DNA of 64,000 nt from Macrostomum lignano (taxonomy: Eukaryota). Shown here piece after piece: positions 26,051 through 38,996 of the stretch. Position numbers and translations under genes: made by a program. The notes beneath the pieces were generated by a model, which was given only the letters and a program-made list of their open reading frames with translations, made no database searches and was not told where the DNA came from. Each line of letters opens with the position of its first letter. The first letter of the stretch is position 1. Location of the stretch: assembly GCA_002269645.1 (NCBI GenBank), contig NIVC01000988.1:310001-374000 (forward strand), in the 5' to 3' direction.

Positions 26051-29000
26051 AAGGTTGACAGATATTTTTAGATTTCCAAGGCTTATTTGGGGCATTGCTG
26101 AGATGTCAAGGGGGGAAGTTGATATGTTAAAGCTTGTGGGGGGGAATTACTGACATGTCAAGGCTTACAAGGTTTGACAGGAGATTTTTTAAGATTTCAA
26201 GGATACATGTAGTTTATTAAAAAAACGTGTATTGCATTTCTTTGGCTCCCCAACGGGGGGCGTAGATTGCTAGTATACTTCTAACAACCATGAGATTGGT
26301 AGTATCAACAAGTTTTATTCTACATTTAAATTCATTTCTTATCTTGCTTTATTGTCGAACTACTTTCGGTACGTCATTTTCATTTACCTAGTTGGTGCAC
26401 TTACAGAAAACATAGAAACATTAAATGCCGTTTCTTGTCCTCAATAAACGTTGGAAAAAGTGAGCAGCAGACTAGTTGCAGAATTTTATTGCCGGACATG
26501 GCATATTTGACTATTTGCAGCTGCTCTGGCTTGTTTACTGCCTTTCCATAAATCAACAGCAATGGTGAAAGTGAATCTAATCCTTCTCTCTCTCTCTCCC
26601 ATAATGTTAATGATTGATTTGCTGTTAATATGGATTTTTAAAATCCCCCGTGTCTTAAATAAAAAAACGAATAATTTTTTAAGTTGTGATTTCCATCAAA
26701 ATGCAATTAATTAATGTTTTAAAAACATTTAAACTCAATAAATTATTTATTCTCTTATCAAATAGAATCCAACTCTAGAATCTTTTTCAAGGAAGGAATA
26801 CTAACTATCCTTAATATTCAATATGCATGATAATAAAGCAGTGCATTACTTTTTCAATTTAGAGAATCTAACAAGGAAATAAATATAATTTAGTACAGTA
26901 CCATTGTAAGCAAAAAAACATAAGTTTACAGGTACAATTTTTTGTAAAGATAGATACAGCGGAAAATTAAAATTTGACAAAAGAATACCACAAACACTAA
27001 AAATGGGGAGAAAAAGTATTACAAACATTGGCATTAATAAAAAAGTAATAAATATTGCAGCTGAGCAAATGAAATTAGCAATTAAACAATGCAATGAGTT
27101 AAATGATAAATAACAAAGAAATGCTAAATAACATCTAGCAATGTATATTAAAGTAATTGAAGTGCACTCTGAGTTGAAAGGCTTACAACTCATAAAGTAC
27201 AGTTTAAATGCAATGTAACTTTTTATTTATTTGTAACTTTATAACAATAGAAATCATTACCATAAGCAATTGTATGAAAAGTTGCTATTAATAGTCTTAT
27301 GTACTTTATCTCTACTCTAAGAGCTAACTTTCTATAAATATATATGATTCCTTGTATAAAATTAGGGATTCTTTAAAAAATTCATGCTGCAATATGCATA
27401 TATCACACTCTTGACCCAAGAAAATTATTGAAAGTGGTCAACCAATTAGCACAAAAAAATTATAGACGGCTGTAATGGTGCAAGTGGTGTTTCGGCACAC
27501 CACTTAAATTAAAGTTGAAATTTTTGGAGCAGTTACACTAAAGAAAATTATTATTTTATAAAATTAAGAGAGGCTAATAAAATTAGTAGGGCTTGAATTG
27601 AATAATATGCTGTGAAGACTCAAACTTGTAAGCCAAGAAGGCTAGAATTAGGGTTAGCAATTAGGCAATTAGGCGAACTATAGACATTAAGGAATGTGTA
27701 GGTATTAAATAAATAAATCATGCAGGTGCTAATAGTAGCTTAAAACCTATCACTTGGTCCCTTAGAATGCCATAATTTTGGACATTAGAATTAAAATATA
27801 GTGTTTTACTGATTGGGAACTTGTTCTTATTGGAAAACTTCTCATAAATATAGAAATATTAATATAAACAATACGAATAAATTTGCCTATTAAAACTTTG
27901 TGGCATTTGTAGGATTTTAGAAGAAGGAAGTATACCCTGCAACATACGTGCAGAATATTTATGTGCTAAAGGATTTAGGTCTGAAATAAATGACAATAAA
28001 TGTTATGTGAAGATGGTTTATATGTTGTTTTTTCAAAGTGTCATATATAAACTTTCAGTAAAAAGACTTCTTGGTCTGTGAGGTAGATTTTTTACTTATA
28101 TGCTTGCATTTTTTAACTCATAATTTAAATGATTAGCACAATTTCTTAAATATCATGACTTGGCAAATTATTCATAATAATGTTTTCTTAAAAGGATTGT
28201 ATGTAAAGAAGAGACTGTAATTTGAACTTTCACTGAGTAGCTATTCCTTTTTTTGTTGGTTGAAATCATACAAAAAGTAATTGAACTAATAAAAGAAGAA
28301 GCTTGGAAATTATTAATTTAATCATCATCTTACAAAGTAAAAAAAACTTTTTGGGTGCAATTTTTTCATCAAATAATCTGCCAATGTATTAACTTTTTTA
28401 ATATAGAAATACTTGCAATTTGGAATATCCAAAGTTCGTTCTTCATGAAGTAATCCTAACAAAATAAGTTGTGGTTTTTTGATAAGAGCAGAATGCTTCA
28501 TCATTTTATGGAAAATTGAGTTCTGACTATTAGTTTGATCATTTCATATATCAGGCATATTTAGCATTAAATCGGTACGCCTGTAGTACAGAACCTTCGG
28601 GTAGTAAAATCACAGTGTAATAGCATTGCAAGCTGCAGTTTTTGCATGTGCGATTATTTTAAAAAATCGAATGCCAAATTAAACATGTACAAAAAACGAT
28701 AATACAAAGAATATTTAACAAATCATCTATCACGAAAGCAAGGATGTCATTTCTATTATTATCAATTTTTTAAATTATTTAAAAGTATCTCCGCAAGTTT
28801 ATTCTGCATTTTCATATCTAATTTTGTTATAAAAAGGGGTGTCCAATGTGTCCAATGTGCCAGTGCCAGCTTTTATACACACCCTGATAACTGATTTCTT
28901 ACGGAGTAGGCACTATTATAACACACCATTTTGTTTATAATTAAGTTTATAATTTTGTATTAAAATTAATTTTGTTTATTATAATTACTTTATTAAACTT

Positions 29001-30039
29001 TCGACTTTCTCAAACTCAATATTTATTTCCTGATTATAAGGACGCAAAAAACCACTATATGCGTGCTTTTGAAAGTTGAAACTAGGTTCTAAACTACACG
29101 GTAACTGTACTGGTGCGATTTTAAAATTCAATGTCTGTGCCCTTTTCGGACTTGAGCTTGCTGCTTTTAGGAAATAATAATTTAAGATTTTAAAGAGCAT
29201 GACATTGGCAGACTTTAAGAGTTTTAACGGAGAAAATTTTATCGGATAGTCTAAATCTCCAGGTTACATGTAGATAAGAGTTAGCTGAGGCCATGCAGTT
29301 ACGTGATGCTCTCCGAGGCCGTTGCCATATGACTCCCTCTCTCTTATCGGCAGCGTCGATCCTTAGATGTCACTTACCTGTTTCTGAAATTAGGCTTATT
29401 ACGTCAAAAATGTGTGGAAAATGGCAAACATAATGGGGGTGAGCGTGCGAGAATAGGGAAATGAGTTAGTGATCATGCATATTATTATTGTTTTCAAAGG
29501 ATAGTAAAAGATAGTAGATCAATAGATGAATTAAAACTCATACGAGAGTAAAGTGGAAAGATAGAAGGAATAATGAGAGGGAATTGAGGAGGGTTACACC
29601 AGATAGGCAAGCTTATAGAGAGACGGGAGTGGTTGCAGCTAGGGAGTTTTAAAGCAGAGTGGTCTACTGCACAGAGAGGCGGCATCTATGCTAAACAAAA
29701 TAGATGCTGCCTCTCTGTCTCTGTGGATACAACAATGTGGAACAAATAAAATAGATTTATTTTTTTATTTTTTTTCATATTCTATATAGCGACTAACTGG
29801 GCATTAAAAAATTATTTGCGCAAGGATATCTCATTTTTTGCCCGCAAGCGGTTTTTTATTTCTGACTGCATAGGATAGTTCTTGGATTTATTGAAATAAA
29901 AACAGCTTGATAAACTCGTGAGAAACCCATTATTGTGCAAAATAATTGGGAGCATTTTTTTAAGAAAACTGCATGCTTATTTAAACTTGTTAGACTGTAC
30001 AATTTCGGAATCTACCTTTGTAATTAAGGACTCGATCGC

Positions 30040-32345
30040 CAAGGTAGAATAGCTACCAGAGTGAAAGCTGTGATCCTCTGATCCGAAACGGATCGAGCGA
30101 AGACTGCCACCGCGGCCGCAGCTCGCGAAGTTGATTTCGCTGCATTTTGTAAATCAACAGAGAGCAGCGAGCCGGAAGCTCCAGTGGCTGCCAAGTAAGA
30201 TGAAGATCCTGGACCGGACATCCATGTTAACTGCGTGCCCAGAGAAGAAATCGACAAGGTGAGAGCACTTAAAAAATCTTCGGCGCATATACAATAGGCT
30301 TCTATCTACTCATGGCTGGTCCAAGAAAATTACAAAGGCTGTTGAACTCTTAAGGCGGTCACTCCAGAGCAAGTACCGCAAAATTCGATTACTGCGTTCA
30401 AAGCATTGGCAAATTAAACAAAGAGCCAAGACCCTAAAAGATGTGATTCGAGAGTTAAGGGCCAAATGTATTTTGAATGAAGCTGCTGCATCTCGGCTGA
30501 ATTTCTTGCCCTCCGATTCACTGCTTAGCAGCATTTTGCCAAGCAAGATTGCTAAGAGGACAAGAATATTCTCCCACGAAGTGCGGAAATTCGCCTCCAC
30601 ATTGCACTTTTACAGCCCGAAGGCCTATGCGTATGCGAGACAGTACTTTCAGCTTTCACATCCAGCTTCGCTTAGAAGATGGCTCTCGAATGCGAAATGC
30701 TTTCCAGGATTTTGTGACCAAGCCTTTCAGGAACTTTCTCGGTGACGCAGCTCCAATGATGGCCGATCCTTCGACTACTGCAACGTTGTAGCTGATGGAA
30801 ATGTCACTGGAAGCGATGGTTGAGTGGAATTCAAATGAAGGCAGTTTCTTTGGCTATGTTGACAAAAAGCGATGGCAAGTCAACTGGTCAGGAGGCAACT
30901 TCAGCATTGGTAGTGATGGCAGTGGGTCTCAAGAGCTATTGGAAGCTACCTTTAGGATATTTTCTAGTGAGCGGAGTTGATGGCGAATTTCTTTCAAGTG
31001 TCGTAGAGGAATCAATCCAGCGGCTCTACCAGGTTGGCGAATTATTGCCTCGTCATTTACATGCGATGGGACTCAGCACAATATTCGAGCGATCGAGCTT
31101 CTTGGTGCCAGAATAAGCTCTCCCAATGAGATCGTTGCCTCTTTCCCACACCCCTGCGATCCCGGCATTCAGGTTTCAGCCTTCTTGGATGTGCCGCACA
31201 TGCTGAAGCTGATTCGAAACCAGTGGCAGTCCCTGGGAACATTTGTTTGGCCGGACAGAGGAAATATTGATTGGAAATATGTGTGCATGTTGCAGCAAGT
31301 ACAGGAGAGCCATGGACTCAGACTAGGCAATAAGCTGAGCAGGCATCACATTAACATTGCTAATTTAAAGATGAAAGTTTATTTGGCCTCACAACTTTTT
31401 AGTAAGTCGGTGGCTGACTCGTTACGATGGGTGCACAAGCAAAGCTTGGCCGGATTTAATCATTCCGATGTATTAGTGACAGCAGATTTTATTGAGCACA
31501 TGAATGATCTGTTCGATGCGTTCAACTCGAAGCGATGGTAAATTATGGGGCTAAAATGGCTCTAAGAGCTGACAACCGGCCTGACTGGATCGACTTCTCC
31601 ACTGACTCGATCCAGCTTCTCAAGAGCTTAGAAACTCCAGCTAGATTCAAAATCGTTGACACTGCAAAGAAGACAGGATTTTTAGGCTTCATCACCAATT
31701 GCCTTGCCGTTATTGCGCTTGCCAAGTATTTATTTTCAACTGGCGAATTCTTCTTTCTTTGCACTTACAAGCTGTCTCAGGATTTTCTAGAATCCATCCA
31801 GCACTGTACTCGTATGAATGCATCTAATTGATTGTGAGATTTGCCAGTCTATTGTGTATCAATTGCCAGAGCAGTTGTGCGAAGCATGTTGAAAGTTGTC
31901 GAATGTGCTCCGTGCAGGTCAGCTCTGACTGCCAGCTCCGAGACGCCACCAGCTTTTCGTGCCCCTTGCTCACTTGTTGCCTTGAAGAATTTTTTGAACA
32001 AGGAAGGAACTGGCGGCTCGATTTTTCCAGCAGCTATGTCTTCCTACTCAGTGCTGAGTCTGTTATTCGATGTGCCAGCTGTAACAGCCAATTCTCCAGT
32101 GACGTAGCAGTTCACGAGACTTTGCGCAAGTCGAGCAATCTGTTCCGTGAGCTTGACTCGCATTCGGCATCCGCGAGCAGCGGCATTGAGTCGCACAAGC
32201 TCCATTTAATTCGAGTCATGACCCTGCTCTTCACAAAGATCAGAATGAAAAACTAGCTAAAGAACTTTCTCGCGCAGGAAGGAGACCAGGAAGGAGGCAG
32301 AGACTACTTCGAGCAGCAATATTTCTTAATTTATAGTATATTCGA
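30040..32345 (+). pseudogene. P-element/THAP9-like transposase pseudogene
   Basis: Fragments across frames: FASTLHFYSPKAYAY, D/EMSL, WKLPLGYFLV, DVPHMLKLIRN, GLRLGNKLS..KMKVYLASQLFSKSVADSL, DLFDAFNS, KTGFLGF, TYKLSQDFLE. In-frame stop at 30743-30745 and a frameshift within the catalytic DEM motif at about 30797. Confidence 0.9.
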
Positions 32346-33004
32346 AACCAGGTGAGCTATTTATTGACTTAACTTCTATGCTATCAGCAAAAACAAAAAG
32401 TCTCATTTTGTCTGCAAGCGTTTTTGTACGACGGTTTTTTAGTTTTTAATAAATAAATCTAAAATAATACTGGATTTAAACTGTTAAATTGCTAGTTGCA
32501 CATAAAGTTGGTTAAATGGTTAGCAATCCGTGTTCCATGGCAAAAGGCAACAATTAATACAGCGGGCCCAATGACTGAGGGGTAGGAAAGGAAGGGAAGC
32601 CAAAAATATCGATCGTGAGGGCGTGGGAGCTGGGGTGCCATTTTTCCTACTTGGAAAGAGGCACACATTTCTTGCCCCACAATGCGCAGTCTAGTTATAC
32701 TTATTGGTCTGTGAGGAATACGTCTAATTGAGACGCCATATGCTACAGGTGCCTCTTGTCTGGCCACAATGGGCAAGAAACTCTCCGAAGAGATCGCATG
32801 TCTCTGCAGTCAGCTGTCACATAACAAATCAGAAACTATCTAGCGGAAACCAAACGCCACACAGCAACAAGAATTGAGTTTCAAGCCAAGCAGAGCAAAG
32901 CAAAGCAAAACGTCGGAGCGCTGATTAAAGTCCCGGAAAATAGCGAGTAGTTGTGTGATTTCTCTGACGTCACAAACGAAATACAAATTGCCACGTTAAA
33001 GACC

Positions 33005-33320
33005 AGAAGGGAGAGGGGAAGGAGAGTGGGGAGAGGGGAGAGGAGAGACGGGAGAGGGGAGAGGGGAGAGGGGAGAGGAGAGAGGGGAGAAAGAGGAGAG
33101 AGATGGAGAGAAGAGAGAGGAGGGAGAGGAGGGGAGAGGAGGGGAGAGGAGGGAGAGGAGAGAGAGGAGGGAGAGGAGGGAGAGGAGAGAGAGGAGGGAG
33201 AGGAGAGAGAGGAGGGAGAGGAGGGAGAGGAGGGAGAGGAGGGAGAGGTGGGGCGAGGGAGAGGTGAGGGGAGGAGAGAGAAGAGACGGGAAAGGAGAGA
33301 GTGGAGAGGGGAGAGGGGAG
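33005..33320 (+). repeat. Polypurine (GGA/GA-rich) tract
   Basis: Almost pure G/A on the plus strand. Confidence 0.95.
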
Positions 33321-33702
33321 AATTTGGAAATTAGGTTTTTCCAACTCTTGTCAGAGTCTATCACACATGAAGTGCTCTGTGTTTGCACACAGACAATTTC
33401 TGCAGCACTCCCACTGTGTGAGAGTCGAGATAAAATAATCCACAGTTGCGATCAATGTGCCTCTACAGTAGCATCTGTAAAAGAAAACGTACAATACTAC
33501 TTTCAGTTTTCAGCACTCTGAGTCAAAAAATGAAATGCACTTTTACTAAATATTGGAAATAAAGTTTGCTTACGTATAACTTTTGAGTCAACTGGTGCAG
33601 ATGTTCCGAGGCAGTGTGCATGAAAAACCGAGGGTAAAGTATAGGACAGAGAATGTACCTGAAAGATGTAGATAGACAGGTATTCACTGTCTCTTGAATG
33701 TA

Positions 33703-33731
33703 GATAGATAGATAGATAGATAGATAGATAT

Positions 33732-33764
<33 letters not shown>

Positions 33765-33765
33765 C

Positions 33766-33813
<48 letters not shown>

Positions 33814-33827
33814 GGATAGATAGATAA

Positions 33828-33907
<80 letters not shown>

Positions 33908-33913
33908 TAGATA
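33703..33913 (+). repeat. (GATA)n microsatellite
   Basis: Direct inspection. Confidence 0.97.
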
Positions 33914-33954
33914 GCGAGAAAGAGCGAGCGAAGCGAGCTCTTTCGAGCTTGCTT

Positions 33955-34035
33955 GCCGCAGCCAATCAAGCTGAATGCACGCACACAAGATCACCGGAAA
34001 CGATTAAGGCAGCTGGAAAGCCAATGGGCGCGGTA
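33955..34035 (+). promoter_or_regulatory. Two CCAAT boxes (AGCCAATCA, AGCCAATGG) upstream of the TRPC gene; possible promoter
   Basis: NF-Y-like matches at 33962 and 34021 in a GC-rich island between GATA arrays. Motif match only. Confidence 0.25.
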
Positions 34036-34111
34036 AGCGCTTTTATCCAGAGGAACTACCTGCTGGAACCAGCCTGCCGTTCGAAAATCAGACTACTCAA
34101 GTAGTGCAAAA

Positions 34112-34446
<335 letters not shown>

Positions 34447-35746
34447 CTAACCATTGAAACAGCACGGCAAAATCGATAATAAGGAAAGGATTGAATAAAC
34501 AAAATGGCAGACTGAAGGCGGGGAGGCTGGCATGGGCAGCAAATGCTTCATCGATTCAGCTTGACCTTCCACAACTCTCTCTCACACAGGCAGTCGAGCT
34601 GAGGGTTGATCTGAGGATCTGGGATATAGGATATGGGAGCAAACAATTGCACCTGCTCCCAGTCGTTATCTCTGTCCGCTCTCTCAGCTGCCGCAGACTC
34701 TTTTGAGCATGCCAAATATGATAGCGATTCGCTGCCATCCAATCCGACTCCGCCAATTCCGCCCACTTTGTCTCCCTTCGTCTCTTTAACCTTCTACCCC
34801 TACCCTCCACCTTTCTCTCCCCGATTCGCTCTCTCCGAGAACCGGTTCGCTCGGCAAAAAAAATGCAGAGCTCACACCGGCCCCTGGTGAGCGCGGTTGC
34901 TTAAATTGGAAACAGTCGCAGCTTCCCTGTCTGGCAGGTTTTTATCCCTCATCTCAATTCATTTCTTTCTTGGCGAGCCTCCTTGACAATAGCATAGTCA
35001 AGTCAGTCAACTCAGTCAAGTCAGTCAGCTCAGTCAAATCAGTCAAGTCAGTCAACTCAGTCAACTCAGTCAAATTCATCGATAGAGAATTGCAATCTAT
35101 CGCATTAGGACTGAATTTCGACAATTGTAAGTAACTACTAAGTTGATATCAACATATTTTATCTCTCCACCTGTCTTGTCTGTCAAACGTCTTGTCTGCC
35201 AACCTGGCTTGTGTATCAACCTGTCTGTATGTCAATCTGTCATGTCTATCAACTTGTCATATCTGTCAAACTGTCTGTCTGTCAACCTGTCGTGTCTGTC
35301 AAACTGTCTGTCTGTCAACCTGTCGTGTCTGTCAATCTGTCTGTCTGTCAACCTGTCGTGTCTGCCAACCTGTCCTGTCTGTTAAGCAATAAATGCGTGC
35401 GAAATATTGTTTTGCCGTTAAGCTTCTATATGCTCTATAAATCTGTCAAATCTCACCAACTGCCAGGATTTCAACACCGATCCAACAGCGCAATGGACAA
35501 AGTTTGGCGCGATGCCAAAAAGCAACAACAGCAGCGGTCACCGCTCCTGGCTCAGGGGCGGTGGATGTGGCTCGGTCCGGCCCTCTGTGCTCAGCCTTTG
35601 TCGCTGGCTCTGTCAGCGGTAAGGGTTTGGTACCTGGTCCGGTTATTTCGAGCTCGGTCCGCAGTCAACAACAGCAGCAACAGCAGGAGCAGCAGCAGCA
35701 GCCTCAGCATCAAACGTTCGACCGCACACAGGAGCTGTCGCAAGTC

Positions 35747-36133
35747 ATGGAGGAGCTCGGCATCGACCTGAGCGTCAGCGGCGGCGGCTTCGCAAGCGGC
35801 GACGACGGGACGGTCGGCGGCCTGCTGCAGAAGGAGGCGGACCTGAACAGCAACGAGCGCCGCTACCTGCTCGCCGTGGAGATGGGCGACATGCCTACAG
35901 TGAAGCAGTACATTGAAAATGCCTCTGGACTCGGCATCGACGTGAATTGCGTCGATTCGCTTGGTCGATCCGCTGTACTCATTGCGATTGAATTGGAGCA
36001 CATTGAGCTGCTCGAACTGCTGCTGGGATGCAATCTCAAGCTTGGCGACGCCTTGTTGCACGCCATACAAGAGGAGAACGTGGTGGCCGTTGAGATGCTG
36101 CTCAATGCACAAGTGGACAAATTGGCCGGAACG
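35747..36133 (+). CDS. Trpgamma: TRPC/TRP-gamma-like channel, coding exon 1 (ankyrin repeats). The frame is open upstream to about 35467, so the true start is uncertain.
   Basis: ERRYLLAVEMGD...NCVDSLGRSAVLIAIE...GDALLHAI; donor ACG|gtaagg, phase 0. Confidence 0.88.
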
Positions 36134-36185
36134 GTAAGGCGTTGAGATGATTTCTTATCTCTGGCAATTAAATATAGAGCAAAGT

Positions 36186-36915
36186 GCAAGACCAATTATG
36201 AGGGCAGGTGTTACAACAACTATGAGGGCAGGTGTTAGACCAATTATGAGGGCAGGTGTTAGACCAATTATGAGGGCAAGTGTTAGACCAATTATGAGGG
36301 CAGGTGTTAGACCAACTATGAGGGCAAGTGTTAGACCAATTATGAGGGCAGGTGTTAGACCAATTATGAGGGCAGGTGTTACAACAACTATGAGGGCAGG
36401 TGTTAGACCAATTATGAGGGCAGGTGTTAGACCAATTATGAGGGCAAGTGTTAGACCAATTATGAGGGCAGGTGTTAGACCAACTATGAGGGCAAGTGTT
36501 AGACCAATTATGAGGGCAGGTGTTAGACCAATTATGAGGGCAGGTGTTAGACCAATTATGAGGGCAGGTGTTAAACCAGTTATGAGGGCATGTGTTAGAC
36601 CAATTATGAGGGCATGTGTTAGACCAATTATGAGGGCAGGTGTTAGACCAATTATGAGGACAGGTGTTAGATCAATTATGAGGGCAGGTGTTAGACCAAA
36701 TAAGTGGGAAGGTGTTAGACCAGTTATGAGGGCACGTGTTAGACCAATTATGAGGGCACGTGTTAGACCAATTATGAGGGCAGGTGTTAGACCAAATAAG
36801 TGGGCAGGTGTTAAACCAGTTATGAGGGCACGTGTTAGACCAATTATGAGGGCAGGTGTTCGACAAAGTAGGAAGACAGGTGTTTCACTAACTATAAGAG
36901 GTGTTCGACCAATTA
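36186..36915 (+). repeat. 24-bp minisatellite (GTTAGACCAATTATGAGGGCAGGT)n, TRPC intron 1
   Basis: Direct inspection. Confidence 0.95.
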
Positions 36916-38996
36916 TGAGCTATTTTCAATAAAAATGATCATATAATTTATATTTTATACTCTGATCAATTAGTCACCAATCACAATTTGCTTCGCACTA
37001 AGAGCACTGACCAATGGCTTCCAAGCTGCTGTCCTTTCGTTGTCCTTGTTTTAACATAATGACACCGCACTTACTAAAAAAATAGGCGTATAAACGTAAG
37101 TCATAAAAATTTTGTTATACTCGTAAATTGCAGAATATTTTAACAGCATTGCATCCGCCGTCCGCACTGTTTCTGCACCTGAAGCGATGCGAAAAGGTGT
37201 CTTAATGTTGTCTAATTTGCGTCGAAGCATTCTTATTTTTGTTTATTTCTTCTAAATTTTAACAGTGTCCCGCTTTGATACACTATTTTAGCTATCTAGA
37301 TTTTAGCTTAGTAAATCTACTCTTAAAGTCGCATCGTTCTATCCATTTTATAAATTTGTTTCTAATTCTGCTAAAGCCAATTTTTCGTAACTTTATAACC
37401 TTGCTCATATGGTCTTTCGATGGCCAGCCCTTTTATCATCTGATCAGTTGATAGATAAAGCGAAAACAGTATTGACATTAGATCATCTTGGTAAATAACA
37501 TTAAGCCTTTATGAATCATAAAACCGGGAGCTCATGGGTGGTGTGAATCGCACGTCAATCTTACTGACCAATTCGGTCCTGTCTGACTATCTGATATTGA
37601 CAACCTGGTGTTGTTAGTGCTTGAGTCTGAGTACATGCCTAACGTTGCTGCGTACGTTTGCAACCTCTTCGCGTCACTAATTACACAAGCGCCATAACTG
37701 CCAAACTGACTCAGAATGCCAGTAGGAATATATGAGCTATCTAAGCAGAAGAAAGTGAAAGAGGGACTTACGAGTAAGGCAAAAGAGACAGAACTATCGT
37801 CAAAGAAAGAGGAATTAGTGAATTCAACAGCCTCTTCAATCTGCCTTTTTTGACTTTCGCTGCGCTGTGCAAATAAGCGATATGGCTTCAAGGACAATGT
37901 CCTCAGTATGTCCTTAATATGTACTATTGCCTTGAAGTAGTCGTCTAAATAATAGCACATCAGATGTACACCGGGAGTTGAGGATGGCACAAGAGGAAAC
38001 GAAAACATGACCAACATGCTGGCTTTCAGGCAGAGGGTAGGAGGATCAAGTCGGGACAAAGTCAAACAAATTCCCTCTTTAAGTTCTCGTTATTATAGCA
38101 GTACGATCGTTCGGTACACATTGTGACGGCTGCATTGAGTCTCTGCTGAGCTGCGTGGGCTGGGTTTGAGCTAACAGGTTTGGGAATCATTCGGAGAGAA
38201 GGAAAGGATGGAGTGAAAGGCACACTTCAGCCCGTTTCCACTTTAGCTACTTGTTCTGCAAGTGTCTCATTGCTCGCAATATCCATGTCAGTCGAGAGTG
38301 CTGTTACAAAAAAGGTCTGAGTGGCCGAATGTTTGCTCATTAATTATTAATTGGCATAGTAATAGTACACGCGTCAACTCGAAGCCACGCGTGATTCGCA
38401 ATAGCTACTGTTTGTAATTTGAGCACAAAAAAATAAATGGAAAGTAGCTCTCACGTAGAAGACAACCTGGACTGAAAAAAATCGGGATCAATATTTATCA
38501 AAACCAGCTGTTTCGTTAGGCACAGTAAAACCTCGCACTGAATCTATGCAGGAATTACTAAAAAAATATACGAGGCTTATGAAGAAAGATTGTAGATCTT
38601 GTCATTCCTAATCGATATGAAGAAACTTTCGTCAACTAAAAAAAGTACGATTGGAGGTGCTTCAATAGACCTAAGTTTCACACTTAGGAATTTTGACGTA
38701 CTAATTTGATATTTGGAGATGTGATCTCCAAATATTTGCATATGTGAAATCCAATTTTAGACAATCAGAACAACCTAAACTTGGGTCCTTATGACAATCG
38801 AATTTAGACAATCAGGACACCTGACATTAGAACTTCACGACACCCTAATCCGCCAGGCCGTCAGTACACCTGAAATTTGGCTACTCGCTAAAGAACTCTT
38901 TACGAACTTGAAATAAAACACATTGTTGGGCTATAAGACCAAACATGAACATTGAGATACGTTGCATGACCTCCTTGACCTACCGTCAATTTTCAG

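Larger units (their letters stand above)
23351..26273 (+). mobile_element. Non-autonomous Helitron, copy 3
   Basis: Starts TCCTATATACT after the CTAG of copy 2; ends with hairpin plus CTAG|T. Confidence 0.88.
15693..28886. mobile_element. Non-autonomous hAT-like TIR element (about 2.8 kb of its own sequence, inflated to about 13.2 kb by nested Helitrons)
   Basis: Left end GGGTCTGTATAAAAGC...GGCACATTGGACACCCCTT is the inverted repeat of right end AAGGGGTGTCCAATGTG...GCTTTTATACACACCCTG. ATAACT(GA) is duplicated on both flanks. CAGGG terminus with an 8-bp TSD is hAT-typical. No transposase seen. Confidence 0.7.

Noticed and set aside
30040-32345. Active or domesticated THAP9 gene
   Set aside because: Multiple stops and frameshifts, including one in the catalytic DEM motif.
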